The notes under the pieces: generated by a model | Databases searched by the model: none | What the model was told of the DNA's origin: nothing | What the model saw: the letters and a program-made list of their open reading frames with translations, nothing else | Shown: in pieces, positions 24,630 to 36,958 of the stretch | Layout of the letters: the number at the start of each line of letters is the position of its first letter | How positions within the stretch are numbered: the stretch's first letter is position 1 | Program-made: the position numbers and the translations under genes | Source: Callorhinchus milii | Taxonomy: Eukaryota | Reading direction: 5' to 3' | DNA length: 64,000 nt | Assembly (NCBI RefSeq): GCF_018977255.1 | Contig: NW_024704743.1 | Location: 91,328,001 to 91,392,000 of the forward strand

Positions 24630-25110
24630 AATTGGAACTTTTCTCTCTAGAGATGAGACCACTGAGAAGAGATAGAGGTATTCAGGAGGGGTGAAAGTTC
24701 AATTGCAGTATAAATGCTAGCATGGACTAGTTGGGTTAATGAAAGTATGGAAGTATTTAATAAGGCTGACTTGAATAATCTGTTTCTACTTTTTGATGAG
24801 TCCTAAATGAAGGGGCATCAATGTAAGATAGCAAATCAAATCTAAAGGGAGTTTAGGAGAATCTTCTTCATGCAGACTTTGGTGAGAATGTGGAACTCAT
24901 TGCTGGAAGCTGAGGTTAAAGAAATAAAATCAACATATTTAAGATTAATGTTGATGCATACATGAGGTAGAAGTGAATGGATGTGGGTGGTGGGGGGGGG
25001 GGGGGGGGGTGGATTAGGAGGGGTGAAGGTTGCATTGGAATATAAATACTAGCATGGACTAGTTGGGCAAAATGGCCTGTTTCCATGCAGTACAGCCTGT
25101 GTAATGTTGT
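24630..25110 (+). mobile_element. Degenerate CR1 3' end with a G-run and a duplicated TATAAAT.CTAGCATGGACTAGTTGGG
   Basis: Nucleotide remnants of the RG.H..KI...FF....VRMWNSL region, plus a 3' UTR like that at 60295-60475. Confidence 0.6.
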
Positions 25111-25572
25111 GTAATTTTATCAACCTTTGGGAACTCCGCTCGAGAGACAGATTGCTTCAGAGTGAGTTCCCATTGTTTGAAGTGATGTATTTTCAGTTGC
25201 CTTATTAAAGAATCCCATTAATACTGCATATTAGACCTTAGTTTTAAATGTAATATCTTTGAAGGAGAAGATAATTATCAAGCTAACTGTTGTAAAAGTG
25301 TTCATGATTAGGGGTGCTCTATGTAATTAGTTTTTTGTGAGGGATTGACTGAGAAATCTGAGACTTCTTCCATTACAAGATTTCTTCAATAGACTTCAAG
25401 GCATTTCCATTTGTTTGACCAAAGAGTAAAGCATAAAATGATATAAGCCATAAGAGTTAGTTGAATCTATAAAATGTTAACATGGGTTTAAAAGCAACCA
25501 GTCCTATCTCCTGGAATTCCTGGAATCCAGATCTAGAATACCAGATCTCTTATTCTTTCAGCAAGTAACTGA

Positions 25573-25975
25573 AGATCATAAGATTGGTTTGAATGAAGAA
25601 GGCCTTTCAGCCCACCTGATCCAATCCCTCCAGAATACCCACCCTACTGTTATCCCATCACAGCATCAAGCTGTTTTTTAAATGAGTCTAGTCTCCTGGC
25701 CTCAACATCCCTCTATCCCCTGACAAACTGTTCCAGTTAATTATCCTCTGGGTAAAGTAAAACATCTTGGTATCTGTCCTAAAATTGCCTTTTGCAACTC
25801 TAAACCTATGCGCTCTTATTCTCTGTTTACTTTTTCTAATCCCATTTAAAATTTTGGACACCACCATGATATCCCCTCTGAGTTGTCTTCCCTCAACACT
25901 GAAGAGCCCTAGCTTATCTAATCATTGCACAAGGCTCATTCCTCTAACACTAGGAGTCCCTTGTGTTTGCCTTTC
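25573..25975 (-). mobile_element. Old CR1-type 3' fragment
   Basis: Shares the AAGATCAYAAGATTGG tail and downstream sequence with the copies at 7842 and 56516. Confidence 0.7.
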
Positions 25976-26009
25976 TCAAAGGGAAAGCAATGTTAATTTT
26001 CTTTCCTTT

Positions 26010-26340
26010 CTGTGCGTATTGGTTAGCACACTCACCTCGCAAGCGAGAGGATCTGGGTTTGTTTCCTGGGCAGGGCAGGTCGAACTGTTAGGTAAATTTT
26101 CTTACTCCACATGCCTCTTTTTACCTAGCAGTAAGTAGGAACCTGGTTGCTTGTCGATTGGTGGATCACTTTCCAGGGGTAATAATCCATCCAAAAATAA
26201 ATTAATTAATTACGACTATTTGTGGGACACTGCTGTGTGTCAATCCATATATCTATTTACCATATATTCTGTGAAACGCTTTGAGACATCTTAACAACCT
26301 GATAAGGCGCTATATCAAATGGAAGGATTATTATTATTGT
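26010..26340 (+). mobile_element. tRNA-derived SINE (long variant, degenerate)
   Basis: Same long-variant block and tail. Confidence 0.8.
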
Positions 26341-26836
26341 TGCTCTCTTCTGCACTATCTCTAAGGCCTGAGCACCCTTTTTGTCGAAGTGACCAGAAAT
26401 GTATGCAGTACTCCAGGTCAACTAAGCTTTATTCAGTAGAGATACATTTCTTTGATTTCAGAAGGCATTTGATAAAGTTTCACAGATGGGTCTTTTCATG
26501 GAAAATCAGCCAGTTGAAGGTATGCTCTTCTTTCCCTACTGTTCAAACTGTTCATGAACCAGGAGGACGTCTCAAAGAGCTTCACTTTTACTGTAAAGTG
26601 TGGAACTTTGTATTTTGCAGTATGAATGAATGTGTATGAATGACATGCCAGGGATGGCTATAATCTTGTACATCTGTAAAGGTCTCTGCTGCTTATCAAT
26701 CAAAATCATATTGAATTGAAATAATAGATTAACGTACTTTGAAGAAAAGTCGGCATGCGATTAAAAAGTACTGTCAGAGCAAGATGTTGCTGTTTTACTA
26801 ACATATTGTGTGTTGCAAGCTGTCGTCATCTGTTAC

Positions 26837-26968
26837 CTGAAGAGACAATTTCCGTTGGTGTCAGTACAGTGAGGTAGGAGAGATTCACCAGCACATAAAA
26901 CACAGATACACTGGGCACGGATGTTAATATGCAGCGTGGAATATTCTTGGCTGGACTTTTCAGCTCCT
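26837..26968 (-). CDS. slc7a13: SLC7A13-like copy B, exon 2 (132 bp)
   Basis: Acceptor TGTTTTTCAG|AG and donor TCAG|GTAACA. Encodes EELKSPAKNIPRCILTSVPSVSVFYVLVNLSYLTVLTPTEIVSS, matching the SLC7 EELKNP...Y.L.N.SY motif; phases are compatible with the flanking exons. Confidence 0.9.
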
Positions 26969-28130
26969 CTGAAAAACAGAGTGAAGAAAGTACAAGTATC
27001 CAACTCTTTCCTGCGACGAGATAATTTTTGCTATTAAACAGCCAGAGAGCAATCCTCTGGAACACTTTCACTTTACAAACATCCAACAAGTACAATCACA
27101 TTTTTAGGATTCAAAGGCAGGTGTTTATTCCCTCAGTGCTAGTAAACGTACTGTTCTTTACCCCAAAGGTCTGTAAATGGCATTTCAATCTGCGGGCATT
27201 TAATTTTCAATTGTACGGTTGTACAATTGAAAGTCCTATGAACAAACAGAATAGAAAACAACCGCCATAGTTGTTAAGTGCTCCCCTCACTGCTGCGAGT
27301 GGACTGTGAAATCCTTGGAAATGGAAACATGCGGATTGCCTCGTGCAATACACAAAGATTGGTTCCAATTTATAAAGAGTCTTTTTCATATCAGACCTGC
27401 TGAGCAAACGCACACCGCCTGGGTGAGTGACTACATATACTGCACAGTACAATAGCTGTCAGTGAATGTGAAGGAAGCTTTTAGCATACCTGCTTTATGC
27501 CTCTGGAGAAGGCTCCACATGTAGCCTTATTTCTATAATACTAGCAATGTCAGTGTTTCCACAGCCTGAATCAAACCATAATTTGAAATGCATATCGCCT
27601 TTGCTATTACATTTTTCTAAAGCATTGGAACTTCTCCTACAATACAATCCCACCTGATAATAATCCCTCAAGAATTAAAATGAAATAAAATAATAATTTG
27701 GTCACTCAATCCACGACTGTTGGTGGGACAAATTGCAGTTTCTCCTATGTTTGCCTCATCTCTATTTGTTTCTTCTGATGCATTTGTATTTCTTTCTTTT
27801 CCCTGTGTTTTATCTTTTTTTTCCTCAGTGTCATGCTGCTCCCATCAATATTCTGTGTGATCACCCACTGACTGCTTTTAATCAAAGAGTGTTTGTAAAC
27901 ATATTCAAACACCAACTTTAAAATGTTAATTTTTTTTGCATTGAGTTTAAATAGCAACAAATGTGTTTCTCCAGATTTTTTTTTTGCTCTGTGGGTGGAA
28001 GTCACGCTCTGGGATTGAGGTTTTTGTAATCTGAGACATTTCGTGTTCAGACCTCAGAGGGAGTCTGACATCTCATGAGGGAGGTAAGAAGAAACACTTT
28101 AATGTGGACAGTTATTATTACGAGATGAAC

Positions 28131-28850
28131 AACAACAACAAAATTACATCTGTATAGCGCCTTTCACGTGGGAGGACGTCCCAAGGCGCTGGACAGACAG
28201 AATTTCGGAACCAAGCTGGGGGTCGGGATCGGGGTGGGTGGAGGGCAGTGGGGGGAAGTAGGGAGATCGAAACCATGTCGAAGAGGAGGGTCTTGAGATG
28301 GGTCTTGAAAGAGGCAAGGGAGGGGGCGAGGCGGAGGGACTGCTGGATGGAGTTCCAGAGGGTGGGGGCAGAGTGGCAGAAGGCCAATCTGCCAATAGTG
28401 GGGCAAGCAAGGTGGGGGACGTGAAGCAGGCCGGAGCCCGATGAGTGGAGGGAGTGAGCAGGATGGTAGCGGGTTAGGAGGTCGTAGAGGTAGGGGGAAG
28501 CAAGACCAAGGAGGGTTTGAAGGTGAGGACCAGGATCTTGAACTGTATCCTCTGTGTGATGGGAAGCCAGTGGAGTTGGGAGAGGATGGGTGTAATAGGG
28601 TCGCAGAGCCTGGTGCGGGAGAGGACATTGGCTGCAGCGTTCTGGGTGATCTGCAGCCTATGGAGGGAGGAGTTAGGAAGGCCTACAAGCAGGAGTTTGC
28701 ATAGTCGAGCCTCAATGTAATGAAAGCGTGTAAAAGGGTATAGGCAGCCTGTGGTGTGAGACAGTGGCGGAGCTGGGTGACGTTGCGTAGGTGGGGCAAG
28801 GCAGAGCGGGTCATGACGCAGATGTGGGGTAGAAACGATAGTTGAGGGTC
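28131..28850 (-). mobile_element. L2 3' fragment
   Basis: Encodes APTLWNSI...SFKTHLKTLLF; (AAC)n tail. Confidence 0.85.
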
Positions 28851-28929
28851 AATGGTTTATGCTTTATGGATATTGGAGTTGGGAGCATATCAGCAGTTAA
28901 AATAGAACTGGGATTGTTTTTGGTCAGCC

Positions 28930-29330
28930 GGGTGTCAGACACATGCTAAAACCATCACCATACTTAAGAGTATCCGAACCAAACTGAAAGTTCCACACAT
29001 GGAAATTTCCCTGTGTCTCGCCTGGAGGGATGCACCCTGCTTACCTAACAGTGCTATATATATGTAAATTTCTATTGTATTGTAGTATTAGTTGCAGATT
29101 GATTTATTTGTTGGAATGGAATGAATATTCTCTCTCTGAGAGACGCATCCTGTTTACCTAATTGCAGAGAGTATTAGGTGCAGGTTGGTAGGAGTTAAGG
29201 CATGGGGGCCCTAGAGTGTACTTTAAGGTAAAGCTGGAGCCTAACCAGCTAAAACTTCATAGCACTGTCTGGCAAAATTGACACTGCTTGTAGAGCTAGG
29301 ACCACCCTGCCCAATAGGACTTTGGAAGGT
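28930..29330 (+). repeat. Unclassified old interspersed repeat, copy 2
   Basis: CATACTTAAGAGTATCC and CTAACCAGCTAAAACT..ATAGC...CTGTCTGGCAA...GCTAGGACCA blocks are shared with copy 1. Confidence 0.6.
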
Positions 29331-30514
29331 AAATAATAACTGAGTGAGAATCATCCCATTTCAATATAATTGCTGGTCTTCAAACAATGTTTTTATGAAG
29401 ATCTTTCTTTCCTTCAATGATCATTTAAAAAAAATGTATTTGAAACTTTTTATGTTTCACTGTCACTTGCTCGGTAGCCATTAAATCGAAATCAAACACA
29501 ATAGGAAACCATTTGACCTAATGTATTCATTTTAGGGTTTGCTCCTCGCACAATGACCTCAATTCCCTGCTGTTTCTCTGTGTTTTCCAATATCCACTGT
29601 ATGATTGTGCTTACTAATTCCCCTTTAAATGCCCCAATTGCCTCTGCTCTCTAACAGCCAATCAATAGAAATATTTGCCAATAAATGTGCTCTGAAAGAT
29701 TCAATGAAACGTTCACATATTTCCTGTCTGTGTTTCAGATCCTGTTGTTATTTTGTCATTAGAATTGTATGTAATGATTGCCAGCTTCTTTGTTCTTCCT
29801 ATTAGTTTACTGTCAGCAAGCTCAGTCTTTTTGTTAAAGCTAAATTAATTCTCACAGTTTTTAATGATCATGGATTCTTTGCTTCAATGCTTTGGTTTGG
29901 AAAAGACAAGGTCACTGCGAAAGTTTACTTCTGCTATTTCCCAGTATGAAAACACTGGCATAGCTATTCATTGATTGGATATGAGGTCTTTTGTGGGCAA
30001 ATAAAATAAACATTGCTTATCCCATTTGAATATAATCGCTATTCTTAATATTGTATTCAACAATTTGCCAAATTCTCAAACGCTCTGAAACTCTATATAG
30101 AGTACATCTAGGCCCATGTAGAATTTCTTCCCAATACTGGCTGTTATTTATTGGTTGCGCAATATGATCTTCAGAAATACTGGAATGACTCATTTCAGTT
30201 AACATTTTCAAATTTCTAGCTTTGAGTATGAAGCTCATACATTCGCTCAACTTTCAAAGCAAAATACTTGCTTCAAACCACAGGCAGCTTCTACAAGGTG
30301 ACCAAAAATCATATTTTTCAGCTACCCTATTATCTAAAAAAAATCATAATTTTTTTAAGACTTATTAGGTATTGTAATGCTATCACAACTTTTTGGTCAT
30401 CTTGTATTATTAAAATCACTTGGAGGCAGTTCAGTTTAAGAAGCATTTTTTTTAGTCTAAGGATATGATTGTTTAATAAAATAATTCCTCAGTCAATTAC
30501 AATTCTTCCCTTAC

Positions 30515-31244
30515 CTGAAAGATAATTGACTGTATTCCAGCCTCCATAGGCCCAGAGTCCTTGATAAAAGGCTTCTCCAATCTGAGACACACTGGGAATG
30601 TCTCCACTGAAAGCGTTGGTCAGGTTCTCTGTTCTTCCCATTGCAATAAGAACTACTCCTGCAAGGCTGATGATAGTCAGTGCCAGTATTTTTAACACTG
30701 TGAATATGTTCTGTACCCTCGTGGCCCACCTTACACTCAGGCAGTTCAAGATACCCAGGACCAGGATTGTAGTTGCTGCCAGAGTCTTCTTGACTTGTTC
30801 AGGAGGTGGACAGCCAGAATAGAAAGGTTGGACAACATATTCAGCAAAGGTCAAGGCTTTGGCGGCAGAAGTTGCTGGTCTGGTAAAGATGACCATTGTC
30901 CAAGCAGAAAGATAAGCAGGAATAGAGCCTAACGCTCTCTTCAAATAAAAATATTCCCCTCCAGATGAAGGCAATGCTGCCCCTAATTCAGCATAACACA
31001 GGGCACCCAGTGTGGAGAGGATTCCACACCCCAACCATATCATTAATGCCACTCCAACATTCAACTGGGAATATCTCAGGACCCCTCCCGGAGAAACAAA
31101 GATTCCAGATCCTATAATTGTACCTGTTATAAAATTAACTCCACTGAAATACCCAATTGTCCGCTTAAGATGTACTTCTCCATGCCTGTTGTCAATTTCC
31201 TTTACTTCATTGCTGTTGACTTCTATAGTTTGCTGTTGCTCCAT
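30515..31244 (-). CDS. slc7a13: SLC7 light-chain amino acid transporter (SLC7A13/b(0,+)AT-like), copy B, coding exon 1 (730 bp, phase-1 donor)
   Basis: Translation MEQQQ...LKRTIGYFSGVNFITGTIIGSGIFVSPGGVL...GALCYAELG...SGGEYFYL...FAEYVVQPFYSGC...AFYQGLWAYGGWNTVNYLS carries the hallmark LAT/SLC7 motifs (GSGIF, YAELG, YxGW). Donor TCAG|GTAAGG at 30515/30514. The symbol rests on the 4-coding-exon layout, which resembles SLC7A13 rather than the many-exon SLC7A9; orthology is not proven. Confidence 0.9.
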
Positions 31245-31380
31245 TTCTTGTCACATCTCAATTCCACTGAAAAATTGCAGCATCACGATCCGCATTCAGG
31301 AACACAATGTTCTCAGCTTTGAACTTGTACCAGGATGAAAATATTCATGTTGAACTGCATCCAACCTGTGCTATTGTGGC

Positions 31381-31421
31381 TTAATCTCCCTGCACTTTGC
31401 TCCATTACGTTAATAGTTTAT
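31381..31421 (-). promoter_or_regulatory. Candidate proximal promoter of copy B with HNF4-like and HNF1-like sites
   Basis: GGAGCAAAGTGCA on the minus strand (31403-31391, HNF4-like) and GTTAATAGTTTAT (31409-31421, HNF1-like) lie about 150-175 bp upstream of the ATG. An alignable block sits upstream of copy A at 2703-2740. Confidence 0.4.
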
Positions 31422-31922
31422 AAACTACTGAAAGCCAAGGTCTGTTGAAATCCATTCCAAATTTCAGATAGGAAAGATATGCGCTATTGAAGCTTTTCCT
31501 CACAAATAAACCAGACAGCTGTAATAGGAAGGTTTCATGGAACACTGGCCTCCTTTGTCAAATTGTTTATGGTATTGATCTTTTTATTCGTTAAAAACTG
31601 TTTTCTTTCACTGATTCTCACATCCACCTAATAGCTGCATCATTTGGTTTGCTCACAAACTACAGTGTCATCAAGCTTTACAGTACATCCTGTGAATTGA
31701 TTCCTCCCAACGTCAAAGGTGCCATACAAAATGTAAGCATGATTACTATTATTACTGAATTGCCTTAACATAGAAGTGGATAGAAGGCAGATTTGTTCTG
31801 AATTTACCCCCCTTCAATCGCAGGCTGTGTTCTCTGGTTCTACTATTCCATACAAGATAACACATCTTATCATGGTTTACATTATTCAGTCCGGTCAGAA
31901 TCTTAAAGACCATAATTATATC

Positions 31923-32435
31923 AACAACAACAACAACAGCAAAATTACATTTGTATAGCACCTTTCACGTCGGGAGGAAGTCCCAAGATGCTGGACAGAC
32001 AGAGTTTCGGACCCGAGCTGAAGATCGGGATGGGGAAGTGGAGGAGGGCAGGGGGGGAAGCAGGGAGATCGAAAGCACGGTCAAAGAGGATGGTCTTGAG
32101 GTGGGTCTTGAAGGTGGTGAGGGAGGGGTCGAGATGGAGGGACTGTGGGATGGAGTTCCAGAAGCCCTCAACCTCCTCTTCTCTAGCGTGAGCATGCCCA
32201 GTTTATCTAATCGCTCTTCATAGTCCAGTCCAGTCCCTCCTTAAATTGATTAATGCCCAGAAGGAGGCCTCATAACAACAACAACTTTGATTTATATAGC
32301 GCCCTCCACGGCAGATGGCGTCTCAGAGTGCTTCACAGTGACGGATCCCGGGGCTGAGCCAGGGGGAGGGGGAGGAAGGTGACCAAAGGCGCGATCGAAA
32401 AGAAAGGTCTTCAGCAGAGACCTGAAAATAGGAAG
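31923..32435 (-). mobile_element. Two short L2 tail fragments (31923-32160 and 32274-32435), flanked and separated by CR1 remnants
   Basis: (AAC)n tails and [14 protein letters not shown]; a neighbouring TREHSLRLKGGKFRTN CR1 motif lies at 31770-31915. Confidence 0.75.
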
Positions 32436-34359
32436 ACAGAAATCAAACAGCAGAAACGTGAAATGTGAAGTGACTCTTTCACACTTTGTTTTTTCCATGA
32501 ACAATGTTGACTTTTGTCCCTTTCTCCAGATTGAAGCAATGGTTGGATATTTTCATGTTACTATATGAAAAAAAGATTTTTAGCAATGTTTAAGAAGCTG
32601 AACGACTTGAATATTCATAAACTGTCAGAAATTCATCCAAGAACACTTAAGGAAATGAGGATTTTCCTGAAGGCTTGACAGAAATGTTTGCAACCCATTA
32701 AATACAAGGTTAATGTCAGAAAAGATTGCTCTAATTTTTAAACACTGATTCTGGCAATTACAGGCCTTTTAACATCCAGAGCGAGCAAAGTCTTAAAGTT
32801 CTACAAATTAAGTGATTCAAAAGCATTTAAATGAAAAAGCAATAATTCCGAGCCTACATAGATTCTGAAAAGGTCACGTCTAACAAAATTATTGGAATTC
32901 TTTGAGGATGTAAAGAATTAGTGGTTGAAGGAGAGTGATGGATATTACTTTTCTTGACTTTCAGATGTCATTTGATAAGCTGTCCCAAATTCAGTGTCTA
33001 TTGTGTCTATAGTAAAGGATTCAGCAGCTTCAGTATAAGGTTCTTCAGCAGCTGAGACTGTGAAAGAAGTGATGTCAATGGACTTTTGGTGTTGCAAATG
33101 ACTGGAGAATTCAAACTTCAAAGCCATGATGGGATCGACTTATTGCATTCAGAAAATACTTTCCTTTGAATTCTCTTTCTGCAGATTTTCCCTGACTCAG
33201 CCAGCCTGACATTTCCTGTTTCATTTCCATCCTATTGTCAACATTTTTCAAAACTTTGAGCAACAAGTTTCTTGTATAATAATAATCCTTGCATTTGATA
33301 TAGCGCTTTTCATGTCGGGAGGACGTCCCAAAGCGCTTCACCGAACACACTGTTGTTGTTGTTGCTGAATGGTGAAAATCGGAGTACTATTTTTGTTTAA
33401 TTCCATGCACAATGACAGTCTTTTAAAGGTTGTTTCAATGTGATGTACTGGTGCATTTATCTGGTACTTCTTGATGACGTGTGAAGCATTTACAACCTAA
33501 TATATTATAAAGTAGAAGCATTTATTGTGTGATACTGTGTAATATATTGATAAATGAGTGGATTCAATGCAATATACTGATATAATTACTGACTGATCCA
33601 GTGTAAAGTTTTGTAGTAATTACAGGTTGCTACAGTGCCTATGTATTTATTTGCTGATTCAGCTTAAAATACGAAGAGCTGGAAGTACTTATTAATTAAT
33701 CTATAGGTGGATTTAGTGCATTGATATATTTAGCCTTTGATGCAGTGTAAAATGCTAATACATTGGTAGGCTGATACAGTTGTAAAGCATTAGCCTTATG
33801 GGGATCTGATCTCTCAATTGATATGTAAATAGCCCAGCATCCTGTTTGCCATGTTTGTTGCTGCCTCATACTGTTTTGGTGAGTGATGAGTCAATTAACG
33901 CCCTTCGAATTTACATACTGTATTGCAGCAAAATGCCAACAAAATTCTAGCAATTCACCCTAAAACATTAAGCATAAACTCTGCATTAGGATACGATAAT
34001 TGGCCGCGGTAATTCTTTCTCAGTAAGGAAAATATCAACCAAGGTTCCTGCTACTACTTATTAAGTATCTCTTTAACTCTTTCCCAAGTTGTTAATGCCA
34101 GCACTAATTTAAGGAATGCGTTAAGGAGCACCTCAAATTTTATCCCATCCAAATTTATTTTTATTTAGAATGCTTGTTGTACAAACGAATACTTCTGATA
34201 GATAAATAGCATTATTCTACATGTATGCCCTGGCATTGTATATTCTGTATGTGATATGTTGGATTCTGTTATTAATGTGTTAAATAATATCTCAAATTAT
34301 GAAAGCATATGAATGCTTGGCTGGAGAAATGGTCCAGAAAAGAGGGCCTCAGGTTTCTG

Positions 34360-36236
34360 GATCAGTAACAGAGACTTGGCTCAAGCAAGGACAGGAATGG
34401 GAGCTGTATATTCCTGGCTATAATGTATTCAGGAGGGATAGGGAAGGAAAAAAAGGAGGGGTTGTGGCAATGTTAACCAAGGATACGGTTATAGCTGTGG
34501 AAAGGGTCGAGGTGCTGGAGGGCCCCAAAACGGAATCTATCTGGTTAGAATTAAGGAACAAAAAAGGAGCTGTTACGCTGGTAGGGGTATACTATAGACC
34601 ACCAAATAGTGGGAAGGAAATAGATGAGCAGATCTGCAAGCAGATCTCAGACAGATGCAAGGCCAATAGAGTGTGATAATGGGGGACTTTAATTATCCCA
34701 ACATAGACTGGTAAAGCAACAGCGCAAAGGGCAAGGAGGGGTAAATATTCCTAAAATGCATAGACAACTTTCTTGATTAGTATGTTTCCAGTCCAACGAG
34801 GAAGGAAGCAGTGCTGGATCTAGTTCTGGGCGATGAAGTAGGGCAAGTGGAGCAGGTTTCAGTGGGAGAGCATCTGGGCAATAGTGATCACAACATCATT
34901 AGATTCAGAGTCCATATGGAAAGGGCAAGGAACCATCTAAGGTGAAGATACTCAACTGGAAGAGGGTAAATTTCAGTTGGGACCTCGCCAAGGTGGACTG
35001 GAAAGAAAGATTGGCAGGTAAAACAACTAAAGAGCAGTGGGAAGTCTTCAAGGATGAGATAGCTCGGGGACAGAATAAATACATTCCCACAAAAGGGAAA
35101 AGTGGGGCATCCAAACCTCTCTGGATGACAAAGGTGATTGTATCCAGAATGAAGCAGAAAAAGGAGGCGTATGACAAATGTCAAACCCAAGATACAAAAG
35201 ACAACCAAATAGAATATAGGAAGTGCAGAAGAGAACTGAAAAAGGAATTAAGAGGGGCAAAACGATTATACGAAAAAAGGTTAGCGGGTAACATTAAAGG
35301 GAATTCTAAAATATTTTACAAACATATCAAGAAACAAAGGTTAGTCAAAGGTAGGGTGGTGCCAATTAAGGACCAAGGGGAAATCTTATTGTGGAGGCAG
35401 AGGGCATGGCTCATGTACTGAATGAGTACTTTGCATCTGTCTTCACAAAAGAATTGGATGCACCAAATGCCACAGTATCAGAGGAGAGGGTAGAGGAAAT
35501 GGATAGGATAAGTATAAACAGAGAGGCAGTTCTGAAAAGGTTGACTGGGCTGAAGGTAAATAAGTCGCCCAGTCCGGACGGGATGCAACCAAGGTTACTA
35601 TGGAGGCAAGGGTACAAATAGCGGAGGCTTTGGCTACAATTTTTCAATCTTCATTGGACACAGGGGTGGTGCCAGAGGATTGGAGAGTGGCCAATGTGAC
35701 TCCCCTGTACAAAAAGGGACAGAAGGATAGCTGGGAGCTACAGGCCAGTCAGCCTAACATCAGTAGTGGGAAACTCCTGGAGACTATAATCCGTGACAGA
35801 ATAAATCTTCACTTAGAAGAACATGGGTAATAGACCTAATAGAGGTCTTCAAAATCATGAGGGGATTTGATAGGTTAGAAAGGAAAAATTGTTTCCACTG
35901 GTGGGTGTGTCGGTGACTCGAGGTCACAGATTCAAAATAGTCTCTAAAAGAAGCAGAGGGGAGGTGAGAAGAAATTTTTTCACGCAGTGAGTTGTTTGAA
36001 TCTGGAGCGCATCGCCTGAAAGCGTGGTCGAGGCCGATTCGATAACAACTTTTAAAAACGCGGTGGACGGGTATTTGAGGAGGACGGGTTTTGCAGGGTT
36101 ATGGGGAAAGGCCTGGGGAGTGGGATTGACATTACACTGCTCTTTTCAAAGAGCCGGCACAGACTCGATGGGCCGAAGGGCCTCTTTTTGTGCTGTACGA
36201 TTCTATGATTCCATGAATCTATGATTCTATGATTCT
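34360..36236 (+). mobile_element. CR1-clade LINE ORF2 with an internal deletion of the RT core
   Basis: EN motifs (VTETWL, GYNVFRRDR, GVYYRPP, MGDFNYP, LGNSDH), then LNEYFASVFT, KSPSPDGMQPRLL and PEDWRVANVTPLYKKG. At about 35828 it jumps to the DLIEVFKIMRG 3' end; (ATTCTATG)n tail. Confidence 0.92.
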
Positions 36237-36239
36237 ATA

Positions 36240-36958
36240 TTTGCGATGTTTATACTTTTGAGAGATAATCAATCTCACAAGCTATGAGGGGAGCTGGTTG
36301 CGACCAGCTTCGCAGAAGATCCTTTCTCAAGGACGAGAAACAAAAGACTGTTTATAAACAACAAACTGTTTTCATTCCTTATCAGTCATTTTCTCATGGA
36401 AAAATGATCTGCAGCTGTTTTAACGTGGAAGAGAGCTGTGATGCATTTTTTTTACAACGGAACCATCTTGCAAAAGACAATAGGTGAAAGGTCAACTAAC
36501 CAACTGTATAAACGGAGATTGATTCGAAAAGAGAATCAGGAGAAAGAATTGGGAAGAAAAAATAAAGAAATTGAAACTGGGAGTCGAGAACCATATTCCA
36601 GCATCTAAAGAAGGAAGATCAAGACTACGATTTAAACAACAGTACAGCAATGCCTGGATACCTTGTGGATGATCGAACTGGGAACCGTACAATGTTTGAA
36701 TAGCCTTTGATGGACATTAAAAAGAACACATTAAAATGGACATTAAATTGGACATTGCTCCTCTATCCCTTCTGCAGCATTTGGTTTGATCAACTTAAAT
36801 CGTTGTGAACTATACGTGGACATGTAAGCATTATTGGGATGTATGCTTTTAATTACTTAGAACCATTATTAATCTGAATTAATAAACCTTGATTAATTGT
36901 ACAACATTTGTGTCAGTCCTTATTTCACCACCGGGTCACAAATTTAACTAACCCTTAC
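36240..36958 (+). mobile_element. Possible 5'-truncated solo LTR
   Basis: TATAAA near 36353, AATAAA at 36881, and an end CCCTTACA that is duplicated at about 37063-37118. Confidence 0.4.

Noticed and set aside
24985..25010. G-run (also 36996-37007) as a G-quadruplex element
   Set aside because: Simple homopolymers of unreliable length (the first within a decayed CR1 3' UTR), with no evidence of function.
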